NCBI GenBank assembly: GCA_003279605.1
Contig: QCHF01000001.1
Coordinates: forward strand, 474,075 to 538,074
Source: SAR86 cluster bacterium AG-390-O18
Lineage (GTDB): Bacteria; Pseudomonadota; Gammaproteobacteria; Magnimaribacterales; AG-339-G14
Length of the DNA stretch: 64,000 bases
Reading direction: 5' to 3'
This document shows positions 1 to 11,213 of this stretch, in pieces. A program made the position numbers and the translations under genes. Every line of letters starts with the position of its first letter. The first letter of the stretch is position 1. The notes under the pieces were generated by a model, which saw nothing but the letters and a program-made list of their open reading frames with translations, had not been told where the DNA came from and did no database searches.

Positions 1-1676
1 CATTTTTCTCTCTCACAAAATGCTTTGAATTCTTTTAAAGAATCTTTTTCCACCGCTAAAACGTATCTTTCTTGTGATTCGTTAGACCATATTTCTAATG
101 CCGACATAGAATTGTCAGCAAGAGGAATCTTTCTCAAATCAACACTTGCTCCCATGCTGCAATCTTTTGCCAACTCTGGTATTGCATTTGAAAGGCCTCC
201 AGCTCCAACGTCATGAATGAATAAAATAGGATTTGATTTTTTTAAAGAACATAAATTGATGACTTCTTGGCATCTTCTTTGCATTTCGGGATTAGATCTT
301 TGTACTGAAGCATAGTCTAAGGATTCATCAGAAGAACCTGCTTGGACTGAAGAGGCAGAACCTCCACCTAGCCCGATTAAATAACCAGGTCCTCCTAAAA
401 CAATAATCTTTGTTCCAGGTTTAACCTTTTTTTTGAATGTGTTGTGTGAACTTATACTTCCTAATCCTCCAGCAATCATTATTGGTTTATGAAATCCATA
501 GTGAGTTCCGTCATTTTTTTGTTCGAAAGATCTGAAATAGCCATTTAAATTTGGTCTTCCAAATTCATTATTAAATGAAGCTGCCCCAAGAGGACCCTCG
601 ATCATTATTTTTTTTGGTGAAGAAATTCGTTTAGGACGATCTTCTTTAAACTCCCACTTTTCTTTTAAACTTTCAAGTCTTAAGTAAGATACAGAATATC
701 CAGTTAAGCCGGCTTTTGGTTGTGCTCCAATTCCTGTAGCCCCTTCATCTCTTATCTCACCACCAGATCCTGTAGCAGCTCCTTCAAAAGGAGAAACTGC
801 AGTTGGATGATTGTGAGTCTCAACCTTTATACAAATATTATGTTTTAAATTCTTACTCTGATACTCTCTCTTATCTGTATCTAAATGAAATTTTTCTGAA
901 CTTTCTGATTCAATTACCGCTGCATTATCATCATAGGCGACAAGCACTCCATCTTTAAAGTTCTTATGAGTAGATTTTATTTGTTGAAATAAGCTTGGTT
1001 CATTTTCTTCAGATAAATTCTGCCAAGAAGCATTAAAAAACTTATGACGACAGTGTTCTGAGTTTGCTTGAGAAAACATCATCAACTCTACATCTGTAGG
1101 ATTTCTTTTAAGAGATTTATAACTATTTACCAAGTAATTGATCTCTTGATCGTTCAAACCAAAGCCAAATTTTTGATTAGCATCTATATAGCTTTGATAG
1201 CTGTTTTTTAGATATTTGAAAGAAAATGAATTTTTATTGGGTTTGGTAAAAAAAGATTCAATGCTTTTTAATCCAATTGAAAACTCTTCAGTAAGATAAT
1301 CAAAAGGGAAGTTTTCCTTTTTAAGTAATTTTTCAGAAAAGCCTTCTGTTTCCAAACCTTTGATTCTTTCTATACTTTGGACCTCATTTAAATTACAAGA
1401 AGTAAAAATATCCTCAGTTTTCGAAGACCAGGGTGATTGTGAGCCATTCCTTGGCGAGAGAAAAATAATATCTTTTGAAAATCTTAATGAACTATTGGCG
1501 TTTATATCCAACAACTCATAAATTTTTTCAACTTTATTTTTTGGAATATCTTTCCAAGCTTTATTTAAAAGTAAAAGATAAAAATAATTTAAAGAAAGAT
1601 AGTTTGAATTTTCTTCTGAAAAGACTCTTTCGCCAGCAATAATAACTGTTCTAGAATTTAAAACTTTAAAGGGCAT
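1..1676 (-). CDS. purL: Phosphoribosylformylglycinamidine (FGAM) synthase, large single-chain type. N-terminal 558 codons only; the C-terminal part lies beyond the left edge.
   Basis: Absent from the supplied ORF track because it runs off the window edge. Manual minus-strand translation from ATG at 1676..1674 gives MPFKVLNSRTVIIAGERV... Further in it gives RNPTDVELMMFSQANSEHCRHK, VETHNHPTAVSPFEGAATGSGGEIRDE and IHDVGAGGLSNA, all hallmark PurL motifs. The stretches I translated by eye all lie in one frame (codon boundary at position 3); I did not check every codon for stops. Confidence 0.9.
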   Translation of the reverse strand, partial: MPFKVLNSRTVIIAGERVFSEENSNYLSLNYFYLLLLNKAWKDIPKNKVEKIYELLDINANSSLRFSKDIIFLSPRNGSQSPWSSKTEDIFTSCNLNEVQSIERIKGLETEGFSEKLLKKENFPFDYLTEEFSIGLKSIESFFTKPNKNSFSFKYLKNSYQSYIDANQKFGFGLNDQEINYLVNSYKSLKRNPTDVELMMFSQANSEHCRHKFFNASWQNLSEENEPSLFQQIKSTHKNFKDGVLVAYDDNAAVIESESSEKFHLDTDKREYQSKNLKHNICIKVETHNHPTAVSPFEGAATGSGGEIRDEGATGIGAQPKAGLTGYSVSYLRLESLKEKWEFKEDRPKRISSPKKIMIEGPLGAASFNNEFGRPNLNGYFRSFEQKNDGTHYGFHKPIMIAGGLGSISSHNTFKKKVKPGTKIIVLGGPGYLIGLGGGSASSVQAGSSDESLDYASVQRSNPEMQRRCQEVINLCSLKKSNPILFIHDVGAGGLSNAIPELAKDCSMGASVDLRKIPLADNSMSALEIWSNESQERYVLAVEKDSLKEFKAFCEREK

Positions 1677-1717
1677 CTAAAAAAGAAAAATTATACCTCA
1701 AAACAAAAGTATTATTT

Positions 1718-3715
1718 TCAGCTTAGTAATAATTTTTCTTTGAGATTTGAAATTTTATCTCTAAGAGACGCTGCTTCTTCAAATTCTAATTTGTTTGCAT
1801 GGCTAAGCATCAATTTTTCAAGATCATCAATTTTTGCTGATAAATCTTTAGGATTTAAGAATTCTTCATCAAGTTTATCTTCTACCTTTTTTATAAATTG
1901 TTTTTTGGAAGAAAGTTTTGATCCTTCCAAAATATCTGTGATTGGTTTGTGTATTCCTTGAGGTTTTATATTATTTTTTTTATTAAATTTTTCTTGAATC
2001 TTTCTGCGTCTTTCGGTTTCATCAAGAGTCCTTTGTATAGAACCTGTAATTGAGTCAGCATATAAAATTGCATGACCTCTTTCATGTCTTGCCGCCCTGC
2101 CAATGGTTTGAATCATACTCGTTTCTGATCTTAAAAAACCCTCTTTATCAGCATCTAGGATTGCAACCAGAGACACTTCTGGAAGATCTAATCCTTCTCT
2201 CAAAAGATTTATTCCAACAAGTACATCAAAATTACCCATTCTGAGCTCTCTTAAAATTTCTACTCTTTCAACGGTATCGATGTCAGAGTGCAGATATCTA
2301 ACATTAATATCCCTTTCGAATAAATATTGGCTTAAATCTTCAGCCATTCTTTTTGTTAAAACAGTAGCAAGAACTCTTTCTTTTTTCTGTATTTTTTTCT
2401 GTATTTCAGAGATTAAGTCATCGACTTGATTGGTAGCTGGCCTTATTTCAATAGAAGGATCTAATAATCCTGTCGGTCGGGCTATCATTTCAATTAATTG
2501 ATCTAGGTGATTATCTTCATATTCGCCAGGAGTCGCTGATACAAAAACCTTTTGTCCTGACATTGATTCCCATTCATCAAAACGTAAGGGACGATTATCA
2601 AGGGCACTGGGCAATCTGAAACCATAATCGGCTAAAGTTTCTTTTCGAGATCTATCTCCTCTGTACATACCTTTGATTTGAGGGAGCGAAACATGGGATT
2701 CATCAACAAAAACGATAGTATCTTCAGGCAGATAGTCATAGAGAGTTGGGGGAGCCTCTCCTTCATTTCTTCCGGATAAATATCTTGAGTAGTTCTCTAT
2801 TCCTGAACAGTAACCAAGCTCTTTGATCATTTCCAAATCAAACTTCGTTCTCTCCTCAATTCTTTGAGCTTCAATATATTTTTCATTTTTTTTAAAGTAT
2901 TTAACTCTTTGTTGCATTTCAGAGCGTATTTTTTTCATAGCCGAAAGCATGATATCTCTGGTAGTTACATAATGAGTTTTTGGAAAGATTGTTGCTCTAG
3001 GAACATCTCTAAAAATTTCACCAGTTAGAGGATCAAAAAATTTCAAGGATTCAATCTCTTTATCAAAAAATTCAACTCTCAGAGCTTCTTTCTCAGACTC
3101 TGCGGGAAAAATATCTACGACATCGCCTTTTACTCTATAAGAAGCTCTCTTAAATTCAATATCATTTCTTGTATATTGCAGTTCTGCCAGCCTCAGTAAA
3201 AGCTTGCCGAGTTCTAATTCATCTCCTCTGTCTAAATGAAGAACCATTTTCAAATAGGATTTTGGATCTCCTAATCCATAAATTGCTGAGACCGTAGCAA
3301 CTATGATCACATCTCTTCTTTCGAGTACTGCTTTTGTAGCAGATAATCTCATTTGTTCAATATGTTCATTTATGGAAGCATCTTTCTCTATAAAGACATC
3401 TGAAGAAGGTACATAAGCTTCAGGCTGATAATAATCATAATAAGAAACAAAATACTCAACAGCATTGTCAGGAAAAAATTCTTTGAATTCTCCGTATAGC
3501 TGAGCAGCAAGAGTTTTATTATGAGACATTACAATAGCCGGTCTTTGTAAATTCTCAATGACATTTGCCATAGCAAAAGTTTTACCTGATCCCGTAACGC
3601 CTTTTAAAGTTTGATTCAAGAGACCAGACTTCAAACCCTTTACAATTTTTTGAATTGCCTGAGGTTGATCTCCTGAAGGCCCAAAATTGGATTTAATTTT
3701 AAATGACTTGCTCAT
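1718..3715 (-). CDS. uvrB: Excinuclease ABC subunit B
   Basis: 665 aa. Walker [10 protein letters not shown], DExH-type box FVDESHV, helicase motif QTIGRAAR, C-terminal UVR motif [13 protein letters not shown]. Confidence 0.95.
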   Translation of the reverse strand: MSKSFKIKSNFGPSGDQPQAIQKIVKGLKSGLLNQTLKGVTGSGKTFAMANVIENLQRPAIVMSHNKTLAAQLYGEFKEFFPDNAVEYFVSYYDYYQPEAYVPSSDVFIEKDASINEHIEQMRLSATKAVLERRDVIIVATVSAIYGLGDPKSYLKMVLHLDRGDELELGKLLLRLAELQYTRNDIEFKRASYRVKGDVVDIFPAESEKEALRVEFFDKEIESLKFFDPLTGEIFRDVPRATIFPKTHYVTTRDIMLSAMKKIRSEMQQRVKYFKKNEKYIEAQRIEERTKFDLEMIKELGYCSGIENYSRYLSGRNEGEAPPTLYDYLPEDTIVFVDESHVSLPQIKGMYRGDRSRKETLADYGFRLPSALDNRPLRFDEWESMSGQKVFVSATPGEYEDNHLDQLIEMIARPTGLLDPSIEIRPATNQVDDLISEIQKKIQKKERVLATVLTKRMAEDLSQYLFERDINVRYLHSDIDTVERVEILRELRMGNFDVLVGINLLREGLDLPEVSLVAILDADKEGFLRSETSMIQTIGRAARHERGHAILYADSITGSIQRTLDETERRRKIQEKFNKKNNIKPQGIHKPITDILEGSKLSSKKQFIKKVEDKLDEEFLNPKDLSAKIDDLEKLMLSHANKLEFEEAASLRDKISNLKEKLLLS
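2381..2404. repeat. Perfect 12-bp tandem duplication (ttttttctgtat x2) inside uvrB
   Basis: Read directly: 2381..2392 is identical to 2393..2404. It is in frame and encodes IQKK-IQKK in the UvrB linker. Confidence 0.9.
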
Positions 3716-3749
3716 TATTTAATTTTTTTGCTTATAATACATTCCTTTT

Positions 3750-3825
<76 letters not shown>

Positions 3826-3833
3826 AAGATACA

Positions 3834-4550
3834 ATGCCTATTTATTCTAGCGAATCATCAGAACCATACAAACTAAGTCGATCTAGAATTGAGAATTTTT
3901 GTAGATGTAAAAAATGCTTCTACCTAGAAGAAAAACTTGGTATTTCAAAGCCAGCCCAGTTTCCCTTCAATCTGAATAATGCTGTGGATGAATTATTAAA
4001 AAATGAATTTGATAACTTTAGAGGTACCAAAGACAATCACCCTTTAATTGTTGAGTATGGCATAGATGCGAAACCTTTTGAGCACCCAGAAATTGAAAAT
4101 TGGCGAACTAGAAATAAAGGCATTGGCTTTTTAGATAATGACACAAACTTATATTTTTATGGCCTAGTTGATGATGTTTGGATAAGTACGGTAAATGAAA
4201 AACTTATCATTGTTGATTACAAAGCAACCTCTAAAAAAGGCGAAGTATCTTTGGATGCTCCTTGGCAAATTAGTTACAAAAGACAGGTTGAAATTTATCA
4301 ATGGCTTTTTAAAAAAAATGGTTTCGATGTTGAAGATATTACTTATTTTGTTTACTGCAATGGTAGAGCCGACAAAAAAGAATTTAATAACCTTTTAGAA
4401 TTTAAAACTAAGGTTATTAGCTATAAAGGAAATACTGATTGGATAGACCCAGTTACAAGAGAGATAAAAAAAGTACTAGATGATGATAAAATTCCGGAAC
4501 CAAATCCTAGCTGTGAATATTGTAGATACATAACTAAAGCTAATTTATAG
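3834..4550 (+). CDS. PD-(D/E)XK (RecB/Cas4-like) nuclease family protein with Cys clusters
   Basis: The track start at 3777 lies inside the tRNA, so I moved the start to the in-frame ATG at 3834 (MPIYSS...). Motifs: GLVDD...IIVDYK (D...DxK), QVEIYQW (QxxxY), N-terminal CRCKKC and C-terminal CEYC. Confidence 0.6.
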   Translation: MPIYSSESSEPYKLSRSRIENFCRCKKCFYLEEKLGISKPAQFPFNLNNAVDELLKNEFDNFRGTKDNHPLIVEYGIDAKPFEHPEIENWRTRNKGIGFLDNDTNLYFYGLVDDVWISTVNEKLIIVDYKATSKKGEVSLDAPWQISYKRQVEIYQWLFKKNGFDVEDITYFVYCNGRADKKEFNNLLEFKTKVISYKGNTDWIDPVTREIKKVLDDDKIPEPNPSCEYCRYITKANL

Positions 4551-4557
4551 GAGAATC

Positions 4558-5499
4558 ATGGAATTACTATACTCGACATTAATCTTCTTAATTGGCTTGG
4601 GCGTCTTGATCTCAGGAGCTGAGGTATTTATTCATCATAGTGCACAATTGGGAGCTAAATTAGGAATAAGCGACGTTATTGTAGGAATTACTCTTGTCGC
4701 CCTTGGTACTTCTATTCCAGAAATATTTGTTAGCGTTTCTTCAATAATTAATGATGCGCCTGCTCTTGCTTTGGGGAATTCAATTGGTTCTAACATAAGC
4801 AATATTGCTATTATTTATGGATTAAGTCTTTTTTGGTTGGCTACCAAAACGCTAAACATAAGTCTAAGAAATATTTTTATTTTGATTTTAAGTGTCTTAA
4901 TTGCTGGTTGGGCTCTTTACGATTTAACAATTTCTGTTGCCGATTCGATAGTGTTTATAGCGCTGTTTGTCCTATTTGTTTTAAACCTCTTTAGAGAGAA
5001 GCCTGATGAAGTCCCAGAAAATACTCACAAAGATGAGTCTTTGACTAAAGTGTCCCTTTTGATTCTTTTAAGTTTGATTTTATTAGCAGTAGGTTCTGAG
5101 TTGACTGTACGAGGAGGAGTTGACTTGGCAATAGGCCTTGGTATTCCTGATGCTGTTATTGGCCTTACTATGATAGCGATTGGTACAAGCTTACCTGAAT
5201 TAGCAGCTTCCGTTTCTGCTCTCAGAAGAAGTAAAGGGAATATGGTTGTCGGAAATATTGTGGGCTCTAATATTTTAAATATAGTGCTAATTTTTCCCAT
5301 AATCGGGATTGGCTCAACAGCTGTTTTTGATCAAGAAATTTTCAACCGAGATTTCATGGTTATGAGTGCATTAACAGCGGCTTTCATTTTATTAGTAACT
5401 ATTGGGAGAGGAGAAGGAGGTTTAAAAAAAGTTTTATATCCTTTATTTGCTGTAGGGATGTTTGTTTCAATGGGTTTTTATCTAACTAGTTTATTTTAA
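4558..5499 (+). CDS. Ca2+/cation antiporter (CaCA family, YrbG-like) membrane protein
   Basis: 313 aa and polytopic. Two alpha-repeat signatures, GTSIPE and GTSLPELAAS, one in each half. AGGAGA lies 6 nt upstream of the ATG. Confidence 0.75.
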   Translation: MELLYSTLIFLIGLGVLISGAEVFIHHSAQLGAKLGISDVIVGITLVALGTSIPEIFVSVSSIINDAPALALGNSIGSNISNIAIIYGLSLFWLATKTLNISLRNIFILILSVLIAGWALYDLTISVADSIVFIALFVLFVLNLFREKPDEVPENTHKDESLTKVSLLILLSLILLAVGSELTVRGGVDLAIGLGIPDAVIGLTMIAIGTSLPELAASVSALRRSKGNMVVGNIVGSNILNIVLIFPIIGIGSTAVFDQEIFNRDFMVMSALTAAFILLVTIGRGEGGLKKVLYPLFAVGMFVSMGFYLTSLF

Positions 5500-6860
5500 G
5501 ACTTTTTTTTCCAGATCGTTTTTCCATCAAGATCTTCCAAAATTATGCCTTTTCTTAGTAATTTACCTCTTATTTCATCTGCTAAATCAAATTTTTTGTT
5601 TCCTCTGGCATCGTTACGATCGTTAATCAGCTTTTCGATTTCTCTATCTGAAAGTTCAAGCTCTCCATATTTAAAATAATTTTCTGCTTCATCTAAAAGT
5701 AACCCTAAAGAATTGAGTAATACTTTAAGCGTACATAACTTATCAGATGATAGGTCTCCCCCTTTTTCAGTATTTGCTGCATAGGCTTGAAGGAGAGAAA
5801 GAGCCTTGGGAGAGTTGAAATCATCTTGAAAAGCAGTAATGAATTCTTCTCTAAAAGTTTTATCTTCACTAAATTTTTTAGGTGTTTTTGTATCACTGAA
5901 TAATGTGTAGAACTTGTCTAGAACTCTTTTTGCATTTTCCAAACCTTCTTTTGAATATGATATTGGGCTTCTGTAATGCGTCAAAAGAAAAAATAACCTT
6001 AAAACTTCTGGATGAAAGTCTTTTAAAATATCTTTAACCGTAATAAAGTTTTTCAAAGATTTAGACATTTTTTTGTCATCAATTCTCAATGGGCCTGTAT
6101 GCATCCATAAGGATGCAAAATTTCTTTCTGTTGCGCATTCCGCTTGAGCTATTTCATTTTCATGATGGGGAAACTTTAAATCTAAGCCGCCTCCGTGAAT
6201 ATCAAACTCCTCGCCAAGGTATTTTATGCTCATTGCAGAACATTCAATATGCCAGCCAGGCCTCCCTTCTCCCCAAGGAGATGGCCAGGTAATCCCATCG
6301 GTATCCATTTTCCATAAAACAAAATCTGCTTCATGTTTTTTATTGAGATCCGTTATTGTTCTTTCTGCAGCAGATAGCTGATCTAAAGTCCTGTTGGCTA
6401 ATTTTCCATAGTCTTTAAATTTTTGTATATCAAAGTAAACATCCGATTCGTTCTTCCTATATGCATAGCCTTTTTCTTCAAGAGATTGGATCATAGAAAT
6501 AATCTCTTCAATATGATCAGACACTTTTGGCTCAACATCAGGGGAATCAATACCCAAGGATAAGAAATCATTATGCATTTCATTAATAAACCTTTTAGAA
6601 AAATCCAAAGCTGGAATGCCCTCTTCTTTGGCTCGATTTATAATTTTGTCGTCAACATCTGTGATATTTCTTACATACTTTACTTTGAAGCCAATAAACC
6701 TTAAAAATTTAACAATTACGTCGAAGTTAATAAAAGTTCTTGCATGTCCGATATGCACGTCGTCATAAGGAGTTAACCCACAAATATAAATACTGACTTC
6801 TCTTTTAATTTTGGGCTTAAAAGTCTCTTTTTTACCTGTGAGTGAATTGAATATTTTCAT
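5496..6860 (-). CDS. cysS: Cysteine--tRNA ligase
   Basis: 454 aa. HIGH-type motif (VHIGHAR) and KMSKS are both present. Confidence 0.95.
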   Translation of the reverse strand: MKIFNSLTGKKETFKPKIKREVSIYICGLTPYDDVHIGHARTFINFDVIVKFLRFIGFKVKYVRNITDVDDKIINRAKEEGIPALDFSKRFINEMHNDFLSLGIDSPDVEPKVSDHIEEIISMIQSLEEKGYAYRKNESDVYFDIQKFKDYGKLANRTLDQLSAAERTITDLNKKHEADFVLWKMDTDGITWPSPWGEGRPGWHIECSAMSIKYLGEEFDIHGGGLDLKFPHHENEIAQAECATERNFASLWMHTGPLRIDDKKMSKSLKNFITVKDILKDFHPEVLRLFFLLTHYRSPISYSKEGLENAKRVLDKFYTLFSDTKTPKKFSEDKTFREEFITAFQDDFNSPKALSLLQAYAANTEKGGDLSSDKLCTLKVLLNSLGLLLDEAENYFKYGELELSDREIEKLINDRNDARGNKKFDLADEIRGKLLRKGIILEDLDGKTIWKKKS

Positions 6861-6894
6861 TTTTAAGTAAAGCTATATAAGGGTATGATAAATT

Positions 6895-7389
6895 ATGAAT
6901 GAAATAATACTTTTAACTATCACTACTTCCTTAGGTAGCTTTGATATTGAACTTTACCAAAAAGAAGCGCCCATAACAGCTAACAATTTTGTTGAGTATG
7001 TGGAGCAAAATTTTTATGAAAATACTTTATTTCACAGAATTATTCCAGGCTTTGTAATTCAAGGGGGAGGTTTTGAAATAGGTATGTCTCCTAAAGAAAC
7101 TAATCCACCAATTAAAAATGAAGCAGATAATGGTCTTAAAAATGATAAATATACTTTGTCTATGGCAAGAACTCAGGATCTAGATTCTGCTACGTCTCAA
7201 TTTTTTATTAATCTTGTCGATAATAAATCATTAGATTACCCTTCAATGGGAGGATATGCGGTTTTTGGAAAAGTTATCTCTGGAGAAGAAATTATTGATG
7301 AAATTGCATCTGTTAGAACTACAAACGTTGGTCCTTATCAAGATGTTCCTGTAGAGGATGTCTATATTATAAAAGTCGAAAAAAAATAA
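6895..7389 (+). CDS. ppiB: Peptidyl-prolyl cis-trans isomerase, cyclophilin type, cytoplasmic
   Basis: 164 aa with no signal peptide. Cyclophilin signature FHRIIPGFVIQGGG. Conserved cysS / ppiB-lpxH neighbourhood. Confidence 0.85.
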   Translation: MNEIILLTITTSLGSFDIELYQKEAPITANNFVEYVEQNFYENTLFHRIIPGFVIQGGGFEIGMSPKETNPPIKNEADNGLKNDKYTLSMARTQDLDSATSQFFINLVDNKSLDYPSMGGYAVFGKVISGEEIIDEIASVRTTNVGPYQDVPVEDVYIIKVEKK

Positions 7390-8103
7390 ATGTCATCTTG
7401 TTTTATTTCTGATCTACATTTAGATCATAAACGCGAAGATATAAAAAAAGCTTTTTTCAAATTTCTAGAATCAGAAGCATCTGAATTCGAAAATCTTTAT
7501 ATTTTGGGAGATTTGTTTGAAGTTTGGATCGGTGACGATTTTGAAGATAAATTTACAAGCGAAGTAATTTCTGAATTAAAAAAATTTTCTCTTAAAGATA
7601 AAAATATTTTCATAATGCATGGGAATAGAGATTTTCTTCTAGGTGAAAAATTTGCAGAAAAATGCGGCGCTAAATTGATCACGGATCCATTGATATTACA
7701 TAAAGAAGGGAAGAAAATTATGCTGTCTCATGGAGATATTTTTTGTACAGATGATTTGGAATATCAAAATTTTAAAGAGAAAGTTAGAAATGAAAAATGG
7801 CAAAAAGAATTCCTTTCAAAAGATCTAAAAGATAGAGAAGAAATTGCAAAAAACCTTCGTAAGGAAAGTGCAAAGAAAAATTCAAATAAAGAGGACTATT
7901 TAATGGATGTAAATAAATTGGAAGTAGAAAAAATTGCTCAAGAGAATAAAGTTGAGATATTGATTCATGGGCATGTGCATCGTCCTAAAGTTCATAATGA
8001 AGTCTTTGGTCAAAGAATTGTCCTAGGTGATTGGGACAAAAAATACTGGTTTATTAGATTAGTAGGAGAAAAAATCAGTCTTCACTCTAGTGAAATTACA
8101 TAG
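7390..8103 (+). CDS. lpxH: UDP-2,3-diacylglucosamine diphosphatase
   Basis: 237 aa. Calcineurin-like metallophosphoesterase motifs DLHLD, GDLFEVW, GNRD, SHGD, GHVH. Lies directly after ppiB, as in E. coli. Confidence 0.85.
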   Translation: MSSCFISDLHLDHKREDIKKAFFKFLESEASEFENLYILGDLFEVWIGDDFEDKFTSEVISELKKFSLKDKNIFIMHGNRDFLLGEKFAEKCGAKLITDPLILHKEGKKIMLSHGDIFCTDDLEYQNFKEKVRNEKWQKEFLSKDLKDREEIAKNLRKESAKKNSNKEDYLMDVNKLEVEKIAQENKVEILIHGHVHRPKVHNEVFGQRIVLGDWDKKYWFIRLVGEKISLHSSEIT

Positions 8104-8554
8104 ACTTATTTCTATTAAGCGGCTCAATGAAATATTTTTCATAATGAGCCTTCGATAAAGTATAAAGTTCATTTTCAATCTCTTCTTTTAAAGAAGTTAG
8201 TGATTTATTTTTTTCAAACACATCGACACCAAATTCATCAAGATTATTAAAGCTTTCGCTCACTTGTTTTATTACTTCAAAGGCCTTCGATAAATCATTC
8301 AAATCGTCTTTAATTTTCAATTGGAAATATTTTATTGATTCCTCAAGCTTTTTAGAATCGAAAACCTTTAATCTGGAAGCCATAATTTGGGACTTAAGCT
8401 TTTCTAATCTTTTCCAAACGGATTCTCTTTCTTCTGGCTTAAAAGCGTTCCAATTAATTACTTCGAAGGAGAATCTTTTGCATCCCCTGCAAACATCATC
8501 GCCATATGTGGTTGAGCAAATGCCTACGCAAGGAGTTCTAGTTCTGTTAGCCAT
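8096..8554 (-). CDS. DUF1289-type Cys-motif protein with a roughly 100-aa K/E-rich helical C-terminal extension
   Basis: The N-terminal [21 protein letters not shown]...W pattern matches the DUF1289/YdhL-type motif as I remember it. I do not recognise the rest of the protein. Confidence 0.45.
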   Translation of the reverse strand: MANRTRTPCVGICSTTYGDDVCRGCKRFSFEVINWNAFKPEERESVWKRLEKLKSQIMASRLKVFDSKKLEESIKYFQLKIKDDLNDLSKAFEVIKQVSESFNNLDEFGVDVFEKNKSLTSLKEEIENELYTLSKAHYEKYFIEPLNRNKSM

Positions 8555-8602
8555 TACCTATATTCTATCAATAATTTTCAAAATTAGATTCTTGACTCAT
8601 CA

Positions 8603-8611
8603 TGATATAAT
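8603..8611 (+). promoter_or_regulatory. Putative extended -10 promoter element (TGaTATAAT) for acnB
   Basis: TGATATAAT lies 20 nt upstream of ATG 8631. GGAG at 8622..8625 is a plausible Shine-Dalgarno (SD) site. No good -35 element, which is consistent with an extended -10 promoter. Confidence 0.35.
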
Positions 8612-8630
8612 AACTTTTTTTGGAGATGAG

Positions 8631-11213
8631 ATGCTTGAGGATTATTTAAATTCAGTCAAGGAAAGAGATAGTCAAGGTATACCCCCTTTGCCTCTTGATG
8701 CTGAACAAACTTCTGGTTTGATAGAGCTTATTAAAGATGCTTCAAAAAATGATAAAAACCTTTTAGAGCTTTTGACTGAAAGAGTTCCTGCAGGTGTCGA
8801 TGATGCTGCATATGTGAAAGCTGCATTTCTCTCAGATATCGCTAATAAAAAAATCTCTTGTAAATTAATCTCTCAAAAAGAGGCTACGTATTACTTAGGT
8901 ACCATGCTTGGAGGCTACAATGTAGAGCCGTTAATCTCATTGATAGATGATCCTGAGTGTGGAGAAGAAGCTGTAAAAGCATTATCAAATACTCTTTTAG
9001 TATTCGATGCATTCAATGATATTGCTGAAAAATCTAAATCTTCAGAAAATGCCGCTAAAATTTTAAATTCTTGGGCAGAAGCTGAATGGTTCTTATCAAA
9101 ACCTGAAGTGCCAGAAAAGATAGATACGATTATTTTTAAGGTGCCTGGAGAAACAAATACTGATGACTTGTCTCCTGCTCCGGATGCTTGGTCTAGACCT
9201 GATATCCCTCTTCATGCTCTATCCATGTATAAAATGCCAAGAAAAGGTTTATCAAAAGAACCTTTGAAGGAAATTGCAGCTCTTAAAGAAAAGGGTTTGC
9301 CTGTCACTTTGGTTGGTGATGTTATGGGTACGGGCTCATCAAGAAAATCTGCAACTAATTCTGTTCTATGGCATATAGGTGAAGATATTCCTTTTATTCC
9401 AAATAAAAAAACTGGAGGAATTTGTATTGGAGAAAAAGTTGCTCCTATATTTTTTAATACAATGGAAGATTCAGGAACTTTGGTTTTTGAGGCGGATGTA
9501 GAAAACCTCAATATGGGAGATATTATTTCTATTTTTCCTGCTAAGGGAGAAATAAAAGATAAAAAAGGGAAACTAATTACTAAATTCAGCCTTAAATCAG
9601 AAACTTTTCTTGATGAAGTTCGAGCTGGTGGAAGAATACCATTAATCATTGGCAGAAGCCTTACTGATAAATCTAGAGAGTATTTGAACTTGCCTCCTTC
9701 GGAAGTTTTCGTAAGACCTGGAAAGGATGATGATTCTGATGAAGGTTTTACTCTAGCTCAAAAAATGGTTGGAAAAGCTTGTGGAGTCAAAGGTATAAGA
9801 CCAGGAACATACTGTGAACCCATAATGACAACCGTAGGATCTCAAGACACAACTGGGCCAATGACTAGGGACGAGCTAAAAGAGCTAGCCTGTCTAGGCT
9901 TTACTTCAGATTTAGTGATGCAGTCTTTTTGTCATACTGTTGCTTATCCAAAACCTGTTGATATAGAAACTCAACACACGCTCCCTGAATTTATAAGAAC
10001 AAGAGGAGGAGTTGCTCTTAAACCAGGAGATGGAATTATTCATTCTTGGTTAAATAGAATGCTTTTACCAGACACTGTAGGAACTGGCGGGGACTCCCAT
10101 ACTAGATTTCCGATAGGAATAAGTTTCCCTGCAGGCTCAGGTTTAGTTGCATTTGGTGCTGCTTTAGGAGTAATACCTTTAGACATGCCTGAATCTGTGT
10201 TGGTTAGGTTTTCTGGTGAGATGCAGCCAGGAATTACTTTGAGAGACTTGGTAAATGCAATTCCTTATGCGGCAATCCAAAAAGGTTTGCTCACAGTAGA
10301 AAAAGAAAATAAGAAAAATATTTTTTCCGGAAGATGTTTAGAAATAGAAGGCTTGTCTGATTTAAAAATCGAACAAGCTTTTGAGCTTTCGGATGCGTCT
10401 GCAGAAAGATCGGCTTCAGGTTGTACTGTTCTTTTAGATGAGGAGCCTATTTTAGAATATTTAAAATCAAATGTTGTCCTTTTGAGATGGTTAATTTCAG
10501 AAGGCTATGGTGATCCTAGGACGCTTGAACGTAGAGCCCAAAAAATGGAAAGTTGGATAGAAAATCCTGTTTTGTTAAAACCTGACTCAAACGCAAAATA
10601 TGCCGCTACTATAGAAATAGACCTTAATGAAATCAAAGAGCCCCTGCTTGCATGTCCAAATGATCCTGACGATATTAAAACTCTTTCTGAAATTGGAGAG
10701 GTAAATATAGACGAAGTCTTTATAGGATCGTGTATGACAAATATTGGTCATTTTCGAGCTGCCGGAAAGCTTCTTAAAAATGTTTCTTCTCCTTTACCCA
10801 CAAGACTTTGGATTTCTCCACCAACGAGAATGGATAAATTCCAATTGGAAGAGGAAGGTTTTTATGAAATATATAAAAATGCTGATGTTAGAACTGAAGT
10901 TCCAGGTTGCTCTTTATGTATGGGAAATCAGGCAAGAGTTGAACCAAATTCAACAGTTGTTTCTACCTCAACAAGAAATTTTCCAAACCGACTTGGAGAT
11001 GGAGCTGACGTATTTCTTGCATCAGCTGAATTAGCTGCAATTTCATCTATTCTTGGCAAACTGCCTTCTGTGGAAGAATATAATAATTTTATGAAAGACA
11101 TTAATACAATGTCTTCAGAGATTTTTAGATATATGAATTTTAATGAAATTGCTTCTTATAAAAATGCTGCTGAGAATGCGGTTTTGCCTTCAGTAACAAT
11201 AGAAACTAATTAA
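8631..11213 (+). CDS. acnB: Aconitate hydratase B / 2-methylisocitrate dehydratase
   Basis: Start reassigned from 8478 to ATG 8631. [26 protein letters not shown] matches the conserved AcnB N-terminus, and the longer ORF overlaps the divergent gene. Fe-S ligand regions GSCMTN and [11 protein letters not shown] are present. Confidence 0.93.
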   Translation: MLEDYLNSVKERDSQGIPPLPLDAEQTSGLIELIKDASKNDKNLLELLTERVPAGVDDAAYVKAAFLSDIANKKISCKLISQKEATYYLGTMLGGYNVEPLISLIDDPECGEEAVKALSNTLLVFDAFNDIAEKSKSSENAAKILNSWAEAEWFLSKPEVPEKIDTIIFKVPGETNTDDLSPAPDAWSRPDIPLHALSMYKMPRKGLSKEPLKEIAALKEKGLPVTLVGDVMGTGSSRKSATNSVLWHIGEDIPFIPNKKTGGICIGEKVAPIFFNTMEDSGTLVFEADVENLNMGDIISIFPAKGEIKDKKGKLITKFSLKSETFLDEVRAGGRIPLIIGRSLTDKSREYLNLPPSEVFVRPGKDDDSDEGFTLAQKMVGKACGVKGIRPGTYCEPIMTTVGSQDTTGPMTRDELKELACLGFTSDLVMQSFCHTVAYPKPVDIETQHTLPEFIRTRGGVALKPGDGIIHSWLNRMLLPDTVGTGGDSHTRFPIGISFPAGSGLVAFGAALGVIPLDMPESVLVRFSGEMQPGITLRDLVNAIPYAAIQKGLLTVEKENKKNIFSGRCLEIEGLSDLKIEQAFELSDASAERSASGCTVLLDEEPILEYLKSNVVLLRWLISEGYGDPRTLERRAQKMESWIENPVLLKPDSNAKYAATIEIDLNEIKEPLLACPNDPDDIKTLSEIGEVNIDEVFIGSCMTNIGHFRAAGKLLKNVSSPLPTRLWISPPTRMDKFQLEEEGFYEIYKNADVRTEVPGCSLCMGNQARVEPNSTVVSTSTRNFPNRLGDGADVFLASAELAAISSILGKLPSVEEYNNFMKDINTMSSEIFRYMNFNEIASYKNAAENAVLPSVTIETN

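Noticed and set aside
25-216. 63-aa plus-strand ORF from the track
   Set aside because: It lies antisense within the clearly conserved purL coding sequence (minus strand). It has no recognisable motifs and is typical of a spurious AT-rich antisense ORF.
2381-2404. 12-bp perfect tandem duplication in uvrB as a possible contingency or phase-variation locus
   Set aside because: Only two in-frame copies are present, encoding IQKK-IQKK in a variable linker. Copy-number change would not shift the frame. It is most likely a neutral slippage event.
3716-3749. SOS boxes upstream of uvrB (here) and topA (35968..36001)
   Set aside because: No CTGT-N8-ACAG pattern is present in either short upstream region.
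8478-8630. 51-codon N-terminal extension of acnB in the track
   Set aside because: It overlaps the divergent DUF1289 gene. The conserved AcnB N-terminus (MLEDY...) with an SD begins at 8631.
9212-9649. Long antisense ORFs from the track that sit inside conserved genes. This 145-aa ORF is one example; others are 23332..23715, 60185..60577, 63233..63658, 5025..5300 and 42997..43278.
   Set aside because: All are fully embedded antisense to genes with strong family motifs. They have low-complexity S/P/F/I-rich composition and no independent signals.
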